Part shown: positions 8,562 to 17,700 of the stretch, one piece after another
Layout: each line of letters starts with the position of its first letter
Numbering within the stretch: the stretch's first letter is position 1
Origin: Patescibacteria group bacterium
GTDB lineage: Bacteria > Patescibacteriota > Minisyncoccia > UBA6257 > 02-FULL-45-10c
DNA length: 64,000 nt
Assembly: GCA_018969615.1 (NCBI GenBank)
Contig: JAGWYA010000005.1
Coordinates: 1,286-65,285 of the forward strand
Reading direction: 5' to 3'
Notes under the pieces: generated by a model
What the model was told of the DNA's origin: nothing
What the model saw: the letters and a program-made list of their open reading frames with translations, nothing else
Databases searched by the model: none
Position numbers and translations under genes: made by a program

Positions 8562-9587
8562 ATGCACAAGATCACCGCATTCGTAGTGGCCGAAACGACC
8601 CGGCCGAAGAAAGGAAAGAAAGAAGCGGCTCTTGCGCCGTTGGTTAAGAGCGCCCCGCATTATTTCGAGAAGTCGGTTCCGGCCCAATTCATCGTAGGGC
8701 ATGAGACGGTGACCATCGGGGAGCATGCGATCGAACTGACCGCAAAATCATATCCGCCGGACGTTATTTTAGTGGAGGGAACGATCGATGCCGATGATAT
8801 TTTTGTGGAAGGAATGCTTGATCTGAAGGAGAAGCTGATCGAGGCGTGCTATCAGTTCGCGAAGAAAAAAGGGGCAAAGGATGAGCCGGCCGAAGAATAT
8901 ACCGTGTATCAGGTCTCGGGATATAAAGGAGATCCGGAGCTTTTCCTCAAGACGCAATCACAGCGGATCGCGGGCTTACTGAAGACCGAAAAGCTTGCGC
9001 TCGATGAAAAGGAGATCGAGCATACCCTTTCGTTCCAGTTCAAGTACGCGAAGGACGATCTCGTGATCATTGATTGGGACGGAGCGTTCATTTTCGATCC
9101 GAACGGCGAATTCGGGGAGATCGTCGAGCTTCTTGAGCTTGCGAATTATCAGTTGCTCCGATACCGCATGCTCGACATGGATCTGGATGATCGTCTGCAT
9201 AAGGCGTCGAAGCTGACCGAGACGGCAAACCGCCGCTGGTGGTTCTTCGGCACGAAAGAGATCGGCCAGGCGTACCAGGAGGTGATCAGCCTGCGTTCGC
9301 AATCCATTTCCGAGTTCGAGGCGCTTGACCGTGACATTAAATTGATCGGCGACTGGTATCTTGCGCGTTTGTATGAGCTCGCGACGAAGAAGTTCAAGCT
9401 TGATATCTGGCGCGAATCGGTCAAAGAAAAGCTTGAATCGCTTGAGGACGTGTATTCGATCATTTCAGAGAATTTCAGCATCTCCAAGGAGCAGATCGTG
9501 GATATGGTCCAGGCCGCCGGCTGGCTCATCTTGCTCATCGGCTATTTTGTGCTATTCTTTTTAGAGTCCAAAGGGATCAAGTGGTAG
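8562..9587 (+). CDS. Hypothetical protein, possibly RMD1/DUF155-like, with C-terminal TM helix
   Basis: DLVIIDWDGAF..ELLELANYQLL, helical C-terminal half, terminal hydrophobic helix; family assignment tentative. Confidence 0.6.
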   Translation: MHKITAFVVAETTRPKKGKKEAALAPLVKSAPHYFEKSVPAQFIVGHETVTIGEHAIELTAKSYPPDVILVEGTIDADDIFVEGMLDLKEKLIEACYQFAKKKGAKDEPAEEYTVYQVSGYKGDPELFLKTQSQRIAGLLKTEKLALDEKEIEHTLSFQFKYAKDDLVIIDWDGAFIFDPNGEFGEIVELLELANYQLLRYRMLDMDLDDRLHKASKLTETANRRWWFFGTKEIGQAYQEVISLRSQSISEFEALDRDIKLIGDWYLARLYELATKKFKLDIWRESVKEKLESLEDVYSIISENFSISKEQIVDMVQAAGWLILLIGYFVLFFLESKGIKW

Positions 9588-9630
9588 GTGAGTTTCGCGG
9601 CATTTTTACCCCCACACCATAGTGTTAAAT

Positions 9631-9701
9631 GGGCCTATGGTATAGTGGCAGAACGGTACATTCGCATTGTACAGACGGCGGTTCGATTCCGCCTAGGTCC
9701 A
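9631..9701 (+). tRNA. tRNA-Ala(CGC), CCA not encoded
   Basis: Acceptor GGGCCTA/TAGGTCC (G3:U70), anticodon arm GTACA-TT-CGC-AT-TGTAC, T arm GGCGG-TTCGATT-CCGCC. Confidence 0.93.
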
Positions 9702-9745
9702 CAGGGATTTTAGATCTGTATGGTGTGGGGGCAAGTTGCCGAGTC

Positions 9746-9820
9746 AGGAGTTCCCTGCCTGCTCGCCTCGCTGACACTCCGGCGAAGCGGGCCGGCAGGC
9801 AGGGATTCTTCTCAGGTCCA
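9746..9820 (+). pseudogene. tRNA-Ala 3'-half remnant interrupted in the T-loop by a nested palindrome
   Basis: AGGAG-TTC [50-nt insert 9754-9803] GATT-CTTCT-CAGGTCC-A. Confidence 0.65.
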
Positions 9821-9821
9821 C

Positions 9822-9857
9822 AAATTCTAAACCCGCCAAACGGCGGGTTTAGAATTT
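9822..9857. terminator. Terminator-like hairpin (possibly bidirectional)
   Basis: AAATTCTAAACCCGCC/GGCGGGTTTAGAATTT, perfect 16-bp stem. Confidence 0.7.
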
Positions 9858-9926
9858 CTTGAAGAAACCCGAGAGAATCGAGCTCTTTTATTTTTTATGC
9901 CGCCGGAAAAGGACTATACTGGAATT

Positions 9927-12308
9927 ATGGAACAATTGGGACTGACACAATCGGAAGCGGACCTGCGTCTTGAAAAATACGGATCGAACGATGTTGAGGA
10001 ACAGAAAGTAAGTTTCTTCAAGACCTATATCACGCCGCTGTTCTCGCCGATCTCGCTGATGCTGCTCGGAGCGGCGGTCTTGTCGCGGATTGACGGACGT
10101 ATTTTTGATTTTTACTTCATCTTGTTCTTGTATGTCGTGAACTATTCGATCCAGAAATGGCAGGAGTTCAAGGCGGATAAGGCGATCAAAGAGCTGCGGG
10201 ATAAGCTTTCATTCGATGTCCATGTGCTGCGGGACGGGAAATGGGGGTTTGTGAACGCGAAAAAGCTCGTGCCGGGAGACCGCATTCGTCTGGGGTTGGG
10301 CAGTATCATTCCGGCTGACGGCACCGTTGTCGCCTCAAAGAACCTTTCCGTGAATGAAGCGGTGCTGACCGGCGAATCAATGCCGAAGGATAAAAAGACG
10401 GGGGACAAGATCTTCTCGGGAGCGTTCATTGCGACCGGGAGCTTGGAGGCGGATGTGACGGCGACCGGAAAGAACACCAGTTTCGGCAAGACGATCTTTT
10501 CGATCGAGAAATCGACGGAAAAAAGTATTTTGGAAAAGGATATTCTGCGTATTACACGTTTTTTAACGATCGCGGCCGTTTTCGCCGTTTTACTGCTCTC
10601 AACTGTTTTGTTGTTGAGGGGATATGCCTGGTCCGATCTTCTGACGCTTGATCTGAGCTTGGTCATCGCGGGTATTCCGGTAGCGCTGCCGGCGGTCATG
10701 GCGATCATTTTGAGCATCGGTGCGGCGGGATTGGCGAAAAAACTGGTGGTGGTCCGCCGCCTTTCCGCACTGCAGGACCTTGCGAACGTGAACATGGTGC
10801 TGAGCGATAAGACCGGCACGCTGACGAAGAATGAGATCAGCGTCATGAATGTTTTGTCATACCGCCATGCGCTGCAAGGCGAGGACGTGTTGCGATTGGC
10901 GAAATACGCAACGGCGGCTGAAACACCCGATGCGATCGACACCGCGATCATCAAGAAGCTCGAGGAAATGCACGCTCCGGCGGATGAGGGAAGAGTGACG
11001 GATTTCATTCCGTATGATTCCGACCGCAAACGGACGACGGCGATGGTGGAAGAGCAGGGGAAGCGTTTTGTGGTGAGCATGGGCGCTTCGCAGGTCATCC
11101 AGGGGCTCGGCGGTTTTGATACGCCGGAGATGGAAAAGAGCTTTGAAGAGGATATTGCGCGCGCCGCGCAGGGCGGGTTTCGGGTGCTGGCGGTTGCCGT
11201 GCGCGAAGGTGATATAAAAGAAGAGGGGATGTCGGTCATCGGCCTGATCTTTCTCGCCGATCCGCTTGATGAGACCTCAAAGGAAACGATCCAATTCATG
11301 CGCGAGAACGGCATTGGCGTGAAGATGGTGACGGGGGATAATAAAGTGATCGCCGAGCGTATCGCAAATGAGCTTGATATGCCGGGCCGGGTCCTTTCCG
11401 AGAAAGAAACGAAGGCGTTCTATCAGGATCCGAAGGCGGTCAAAGAGCAGGCGGCGGATATTGCGGTGTTCGCGGAGATCCTTCCGAAGGACAAATACGA
11501 GCTGGTGCGGGCGTTCAGGGATGACGGCTACGTGGTCGCTTCGACGGGCGACGGGATCAATGATCTTCCGGCGCTGAAGACGGCGAACGTCGGCATCGCG
11601 GTCGCCGGCGCGGTCAGCGCGCTGAAGAGCCTTGCGGATATCGTGCTGCTTGGCCGGGGCATTTCCGTCATTAAGGACGCGATCATCGAATCGCGCAAGA
11701 TCTTCGTTCGCCTCTATAACTATTCGGTCTATCGTATCTCGGAAAGTTTCCGGCTTATCGTGACGATCCTGATCCTGGGCATCGCCTACGGTTTTTATCC
11801 GCTGGAGCCGCTTCAGATCATTTTGCTCGCATTCTTGAACGACCTCCCGATCATTTCGCTCGCGTTCGACCGGGTGAAGATCTCGCCGAAGCCGTCGTCG
11901 ATCCAGCCTGCACGCCGCCTTGGTTTAAGCGTTATGTACGGCGTGGTCGGCACAATGAACAGTTTGGTGATGTTCTTTGTGATCATGAACGTTCTGCATA
12001 TGCCGCTGGGGGTTGTGCAGACGATGTTCTTTCTGAAGCTCATGGTATCGGGCCATATGCTGATCTTCGTGGCGCATACGAAAGAGCGCTGGTGGAGATT
12101 CCTGCCGAGCCATCAGGTGATCATCGCAACGTTGACGACGCAGGTCGTGGCGACGGCGCTCGCGGTGACAGGATTCATGATGCCGGCGCCGATCTCGCTG
12201 GGTGCGGCGTCGTTCGTATGGATCTGGTCGCTTGCCTGGATGCAGCTGACCGAATTCTCCAAGGACGTGCAGGAATGGTGGCTTCGCCGCCACGGTTTGC
12301 CGGTGTAA
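9927..12308 (+). CDS. P-type ATPase, P3A (plasma-membrane H+-ATPase)-like
   Basis: TGES, GIPVALP, DKTGTLT, KMVTGD, TGDGINDLPALK and LNDLPII motifs; start probably 9927 (alternative 9897). Confidence 0.88.
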   Translation: MEQLGLTQSEADLRLEKYGSNDVEEQKVSFFKTYITPLFSPISLMLLGAAVLSRIDGRIFDFYFILFLYVVNYSIQKWQEFKADKAIKELRDKLSFDVHVLRDGKWGFVNAKKLVPGDRIRLGLGSIIPADGTVVASKNLSVNEAVLTGESMPKDKKTGDKIFSGAFIATGSLEADVTATGKNTSFGKTIFSIEKSTEKSILEKDILRITRFLTIAAVFAVLLLSTVLLLRGYAWSDLLTLDLSLVIAGIPVALPAVMAIILSIGAAGLAKKLVVVRRLSALQDLANVNMVLSDKTGTLTKNEISVMNVLSYRHALQGEDVLRLAKYATAAETPDAIDTAIIKKLEEMHAPADEGRVTDFIPYDSDRKRTTAMVEEQGKRFVVSMGASQVIQGLGGFDTPEMEKSFEEDIARAAQGGFRVLAVAVREGDIKEEGMSVIGLIFLADPLDETSKETIQFMRENGIGVKMVTGDNKVIAERIANELDMPGRVLSEKETKAFYQDPKAVKEQAADIAVFAEILPKDKYELVRAFRDDGYVVASTGDGINDLPALKTANVGIAVAGAVSALKSLADIVLLGRGISVIKDAIIESRKIFVRLYNYSVYRISESFRLIVTILILGIAYGFYPLEPLQIILLAFLNDLPIISLAFDRVKISPKPSSIQPARRLGLSVMYGVVGTMNSLVMFFVIMNVLHMPLGVVQTMFFLKLMVSGHMLIFVAHTKERWWRFLPSHQVIIATLTTQVVATALAVTGFMMPAPISLGAASFVWIWSLAWMQLTEFSKDVQEWWLRRHGLPV

Positions 12309-12316
12309 GGGAAAAG

Positions 12317-12345
12317 AAAAAGATCCCCTAACCGGGGATCTTTTT
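12317..12345 (+). terminator. Intrinsic terminator
   Basis: AAAAAGATCCCC/GGGGATCTTTTT. Confidence 0.8.
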
Positions 12346-12417
12346 AGAAGTGAAAAGGACCGTGTTCTGGTATACTGAAAGTACGAAAAGTCGCTTAAAA
12401 AATTTTATAATACGCAT

Positions 12418-13101
12418 ATGGTAATACAAACATGGACGGATGTGCTGATGGCTTCGTTTCAGAGCGTCTGGGCGCAGATCGCTGCCTGGCTGCCGTCGCT
12501 GATCGGAGCGTTGGCGCTGTTTATCATCGGTTTGATCATCGCGGCAGGGATCAGTTCGGTCATTGAGCGGGTTTTTCGGGCATTGCGGGTTGATGTGGCG
12601 CTTCGGAAGCTCGGGATCGAAGAGTTCCTTCGCCGCGCCGATCTGGAGCTGAATTCGGGATATTTCTTTGGTCAGTTGATGTATTGGTTCATCGTATTGG
12701 CGTTCCTGCTTGCCGCATCGGATATCCTCGGATTTTTTGCCCTTTCAAGCTTTATTCAGGATGTTCTGCTCTATTTGCCGAATGTGGCAATTGCCGTATT
12801 GATCATGATTGCCGCATTGGTCATTGCCAATTTGGCGCTTCGCCTGATACGGGCGTCGGTTTTAGGAGCAGAGATGCATTCGGCTCGGTTCCTTGCTTCA
12901 GCGGCATGGTGGGCGGTGATGATCTTTGGCATCCTTGCGGCATTGATGCAGCTGGGGATCGCCGTGGCGATGATCAATACGATCGTGACCGGCTTTGTAG
13001 CAATGATCGCGCTCGCCGGAGGGCTTGCCTTCGGCCTTGGCGGGAAGGATTTTGCGGCGCATTTCCTCCAAAAGCTCCAGGATGAAATAGAAGGGAAGTA
13101 A
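12418..13101 (+). CDS. Conserved TM-helix repeat protein (CmpX/MscS-associated type)
   Basis: Repeated LPSLIGAL / YLPNVAIA TM motifs and C-terminal GLAFGLGGKD. Confidence 0.85.
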   Translation: MVIQTWTDVLMASFQSVWAQIAAWLPSLIGALALFIIGLIIAAGISSVIERVFRALRVDVALRKLGIEEFLRRADLELNSGYFFGQLMYWFIVLAFLLAASDILGFFALSSFIQDVLLYLPNVAIAVLIMIAALVIANLALRLIRASVLGAEMHSARFLASAAWWAVMIFGILAALMQLGIAVAMINTIVTGFVAMIALAGGLAFGLGGKDFAAHFLQKLQDEIEGK

Positions 13102-13155
13102 CAAAAGGCCGCAATATGCGGCTTTCCGAAAGAACGTTACACGGCAATAGTATTG

Positions 13156-13418
13156 AAAGCAGGGCAGGTGTATATTTCTGTATTGAAATTCCACACAGAA
13201 ATATACACCTGCCCTGCTTTGACGAATTTCTGTATTGAAATTCCGCACAGAAATAGATATCCACCCTGTTCTTTTGGTGGTATATATGGTGTTACCGGGA
13301 AAGAAAAAGTAAGTTTTTGCTCTGTTTTTAAAGAATGTTTTTGGATGACAAAGAAAGCAAGGCAAGGACACATTTCTGTATTGAAATTCCACACAGAAAT
13401 TTGTCCTTGCCTTGCTTT
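13156..13418 (+). repeat. Three hairpins of loop family 1 (29-bp core ATTTCTGTATTGAAATTCCRCACAGAAAT)
   Basis: Cores at 13174-13202, 13226-13254 and 13372-13400; copies 1 and 3 have 26-bp arms (13156-13220 and 13354-13418). Confidence 0.9.
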
Positions 13419-13462
13419 AACTTGTTTTTTGATGTGGCATGATTTTCCATCCGCTTTTTTCA

Positions 13463-13492
13463 TTGACACCGCCGCCGTTTTTCGAGTACAAT
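13463..13492 (+). promoter_or_regulatory. sigma70 promoter, probably giving a leaderless mRNA
   Basis: TTGACA, 18 nt, TACAAT; ATG 7 nt downstream. Confidence 0.65.
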
Positions 13493-13499
13493 AGAATCT

Positions 13500-14234
13500 A
13501 TGTTGTCGTCCGAGCAGATCACCGGAAAAGCGCGCGAGATCGCATACGCATTGGTGCGCGTTTCTTTTTATATCAAACGGAGCGATCTGCAGATCCGCAT
13601 CGAGCGCAGTGCGTTCGAGCTCCTGGAACAGGCGGCGCGCGTGAGCGTTGACTCGTCGGCGAAGACGGTGATGGCGGCATTGTCATCGATCGCGGTCCTG
13701 GATGCGCTGGTTCGCCTTGCGCATTCCATTTATGAGATCGAACCGGTGAACGCAACGATCCTGGTTCGCGAGCTTGATGCGTTGCATACGGCAATTCGGC
13801 AAACAGCGAACCTTGATGAGCGATTGCCGAATCTGGAAACATTTTTTTCGCAGGACAATGCATTGCCGAATGGATCGGAAGAAAAGAATGACGAGAGCGC
13901 AAGCGATGCGAATATGACAAAGACATACGGTGCCCAGGGCGATCAGAAAGAAGGGCATCAGGCAATTGCCGAAAAGTCAGAAGCAACCAGGCCGTCGGAA
14001 AAGAACCAGGCGCTCAATATCGCACTTCGCCAGTCATCTATTATAGAGACGATCCGCTCGGGTGCGGACTCGAGCCGCCGGTTAAAGGATATCCTGTCTG
14101 AGTTCAATGATGTCAGCGAGCGAACGATCCGCTATGACCTCCAAAAATTATGCGAACGGGGGGTGATTGAGCGGGTGGGGAACGGAGGCCCGGCGACCTA
14201 CTATCGGATCCCCGTGGAGGTATCGGTCCAATAG
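13500..14234 (+). CDS. Putative regulator: helical N-terminal domain plus C-terminal DeoR-type HTH
   Basis: C-terminal VSERTIRYDLQKLCERGVIERVG. Confidence 0.75.
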   Translation: MLSSEQITGKAREIAYALVRVSFYIKRSDLQIRIERSAFELLEQAARVSVDSSAKTVMAALSSIAVLDALVRLAHSIYEIEPVNATILVRELDALHTAIRQTANLDERLPNLETFFSQDNALPNGSEEKNDESASDANMTKTYGAQGDQKEGHQAIAEKSEATRPSEKNQALNIALRQSSIIETIRSGADSSRRLKDILSEFNDVSERTIRYDLQKLCERGVIERVGNGGPATYYRIPVEVSVQ

Positions 14235-14264
14235 GAAGACGTGATAGGTCTCAGGGGAAAAATC

Positions 14265-14745
14265 TTGCATTTTTCCCGCGTCTGTGCTAATATAGGGAGG
14301 CACTGTTTACGGGGAAATGCGGCGCCTCAAAAACGCTTCGTAACACCGTAAAGAGATACTCGTTATAATAAGGGTACTGTGAGTGTGGTTATTCACAGCG
14401 CAATGGTTTCTGGAAGATCGCAGCTTAATATATACTAAAGATATAGAGGATTCAGTGTGAGGCTGGATCTAATATACGTATAAGTTGCTGGAAATGAGCA
14501 CCGTTCGACCGGTATTCATTTCCAGCCGCTTGTTCATTTATTAGAGACTCGCTTCACGGCGAGTCTTTATCTTTCTCTCAACGATACTTGGAAAAATTAT
14601 TCGGTTTACTAAGGTCGGCCTCGCAAAGCGGGGATGGTAAACGAGGATAATTTTATGAAACGGTTTCCTTATAAAAACGTATTAAAATTTATTAGATTCA
14701 AAAATTCTTCATAGGGTAACGGGTCGAAACGGTACTTTATGGGGA
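14265..14745 (+). promoter_or_regulatory. Promoter(s) and long structured leader of the S-layer-like gene
   Basis: TTGCAT-17-TAATAT (14265-14293); hairpins at 14306-14352, 14487-14526, 14543-14568 and 14593-14654; DnaA-box match TTATTCACA at 14389-14397. Confidence 0.55.
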
Positions 14746-17700
14746 ATGGTCAAAAACAAAAGAATTATGAACAAACAATTAATCAGTAAAGTTTCGGTAG
14801 CGTTCGTCTCAGCGGCGACCGTTATCACGATGTCTGGTTTCGGTACGTTGGTGCCGGTTGTGGCACACGGCGTAACGATCGCAGATCTGCAGGCGCAGAT
14901 CGCGGCGTTAACAGCGCAGCTGGCGGCTTTACAGGGTTCGGCTACCACACCGGCGGCGGCAACGTCTTCGGCGGTTCCGGCTGACCTCCTTTCTTCTGGG
15001 GACCTCACCCTCGGCAGCACGGGAGCGGCAGTTATGGATCTGCAGAAGTTCTTGAACGCGAACGGTGCACAGGTTGCGGCGACTGGCGTCGGTTCTTCCG
15101 GCAATGAAACGACTTACTTCGGTTCATTGACCCAGAAGGCTCTCGCAAAGTGGCAGGCAGCTAACGGTATCGCCCCTGCATCCGGATACTTTGGTCCGAT
15201 CACTCGTTCCAAGTTATCTTCGTTGTCTGCGGCAGCTCCGGCTCCGACGACTACGACCACGACGACCACGACTACGACTACGACGACTCCGGCGGCAGCA
15301 GGTACCGGTTTGACCGTGACCTTGGCTCCGTCCCAGCCGGCGGCAAGTTTGGCTCCGAACGGAGCAACCCGCATCCCGCTCACGAAGGTGCAGTTGACTG
15401 CATCGGCTGACGGCGATGTGACGGTCAATGGTTTGACCGTGGAGCGCCAGGGTCTCGCGCAGGATGCTGCACTCAGTGCGGTTATGCTGCTCGATTCGAA
15501 CGGCGTTCAGATGGGTCTGAAGAAGACCTTGAATTCCAACCATCAGGCGGTTGTCGGTGACACCTTTACGGTGAAAGCCGGTACGACCATGACGGTGACG
15601 CTCGCGGCAAACCGCGGGACGACTTCGTCCTATGCAGGTCAGACCTTTGACTTGGCGCTTGTTGGCGTGAACACGACCGCAACGGTCAACGGCGCTCTGC
15701 CGTTGGTCGGTACGACCGATACGATCAACGAATCGTTGACGATCGGTACGGTTACGATGGCAAAGGGTCCGTTGGATCCGGGTGCGAGCCAGACCGAGAA
15801 TATCGGTACGACCGGCTACACCTTCTCCTCAGTGAAAGTCACTGCAGGTTCATCTGAAAAGGTTGACCTTCAGTCCGTCCGCTGGAACCAGACCGGTTCC
15901 GCAGGTTCGGGTGACTTGTCGAACGTAGTGACAGTTGTCGATGGTACTTCGTACCCGACAGTGGTCAGCGCCGATGGCAAGTATTACACGACGACCTTCC
16001 CGGGCACTGGTCTTTCGATCGATAAGGGTTCTTCAAGAGAGGTCTCTATTCGTGGCGATATCTCCGGCGGTTCATCCCGCACGGTTGAGTTCGACCTTGC
16101 GAAATTGACCGACCTTGGCCTTATGGGTGAGACCTTTGGCTACGGCATCACTCCTCCGCAGACCGGTTCCTCGGTTGCGGCGTATGGTGCGGACGCTTTC
16201 AGCTCGTCTGAAGATCCGTGGTTCGCTGGCGCCAAGGTGACGGTTTCTTCCGGTACTATGTCGGTCAGCACCTGGACAGGCGTGCAGGCTCAGAACGTGG
16301 CGATCAACTTGGCTAACCAGCCTTTGGGCGGATGGTCGGTTGACACTAAGGGTGAGCCGATCTCGGTTGGCAGCATGAAGTTCGTACTTCAGGTTAACCA
16401 GACGGGCGCGAACAAGGGCGGCTTGGCTGACTTGACCAACTTGCAGTTGGTTGACCAGACGGGTGCGGTCCTCGCAGGCCCGATCGATGCTACTGGCTCT
16501 GCAAACAATGGTACGATCACCTTCACGGATTCCGTGACGTTCCCGGTTGGTATCACGAACCTTACCCTTGAAGGTAAGCTCGGATCCAACTTCGTGAGCA
16601 ACGATACCGTGAGCGCATCGACGTCTCCGGCTACCGGATGGACTTCCGTCACTGGTCAGACGACCGGTAACGTGATCACTCCGACTGGATCGTCCTTGCA
16701 GTCGCAGAACATGACGGTGAAAGCCGCAGCAGTTTCTTTGAGCGTCTCCTCGGTGCCAATCGCACAGACGGTGATCGCCGGCTCCAACCAGTTCTTGTTC
16801 GCGAACTACCTCATGGACACGACCAGCTCTGGCGAAGATATGCGCTTGACCTCGCTTCCGCTTTACCTCACGGTAGGCGCTGGCGCGGCAACGGATCTCA
16901 CGAACTGCAAGCTGTACAACGGCTCGACGGTTCTGAACTCTGAGCATGTCCTCAATCCGACTGCGGCAGGTGCGAACATCGTTACCTTCGACTCCTCGTT
17001 GACCCTTCCGAAAGGAACGTCCACGACGCTGTCCTTGAAGTGTGACGTGTTGGCGTCCGCGACCGGTAACTACAACTGGGGCTTCCACTCCACGACCGCT
17101 TCCGCGACCGGCTTAACTTCCGGCCAGAGCGTGACGTTGGCAGATGCGAACAACCTCGGTCAGGTGATGACCTCGGCAACAGGCGGTGCGCTTACGGTGG
17201 CATTGGATTCGTCCTCTCCGTCGTATGCGATCGCTTCGCCTGGTCAGACGGTTGAATTGGCTCGTATCAAGTTCAGCGCAAGCAATGAAGATGTGAACCT
17301 TAAACAGGTTGCGCTTCAGTTGACTGGCTCTGCTTCGAACACGATCATCGACCTCGTCGGTCAGCAGGTGACCTTGAACACGGTCAGCGGTACGCAGGTT
17401 GGTACGGCGACGTTCACAAGCGGCGTTACTGCCACTTCGAGCGCCCTTTCCGGCTTCGTCGTTCCGAAGGATGGTTCCGCGGTGTTGGTCGTGAAGGGTA
17501 CGATCGCAGGTATCTCTGCGTCCGGTCCTTTGACCAAGTCCGGCGATCTCCTCAAGATTGACTATGACGGCAACAACACTGGCTTGACTGGTAACTATGG
17601 TACGGGCGTTTCGTCTGGTACTACGGTGACCCCGTCCGGCTCTGATACGGCGTCGAACGGCGTCCGCATCATGAAGTCGTATCCGACGCTTGCGCAGGTT

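Noticed and set aside
374-9826. Genomic island bounded by AGGTCCACAAATT direct repeats
   Set aside because: The interval holds housekeeping genes (ahpC, cca, rsmE, tRNAs) and no integrase; the match is better explained as a tRNA-Ala remnant.
13174-13400. CRISPR array (29-bp repeat containing ATTGAAAT, three copies)
   Set aside because: The spacers are 23 and 117 nt, the first is mostly a hairpin arm, ATTGAAAT is internal rather than terminal, and no cas genes are present. Kept as a hairpin family instead.
12898-13494. Short ORFs with repeated peptides (SVWNFNTE, LKFHTEI)
   Set aside because: These are translations of the DNA hairpin repeats in several frames on both strands, with no coding evidence.
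15241-15290. ACG/ACT/ACC repeat as a phase-variable SSR
   Set aside because: The synonymous codons are mixed; this is a poly-Thr linker conserved at the protein level.
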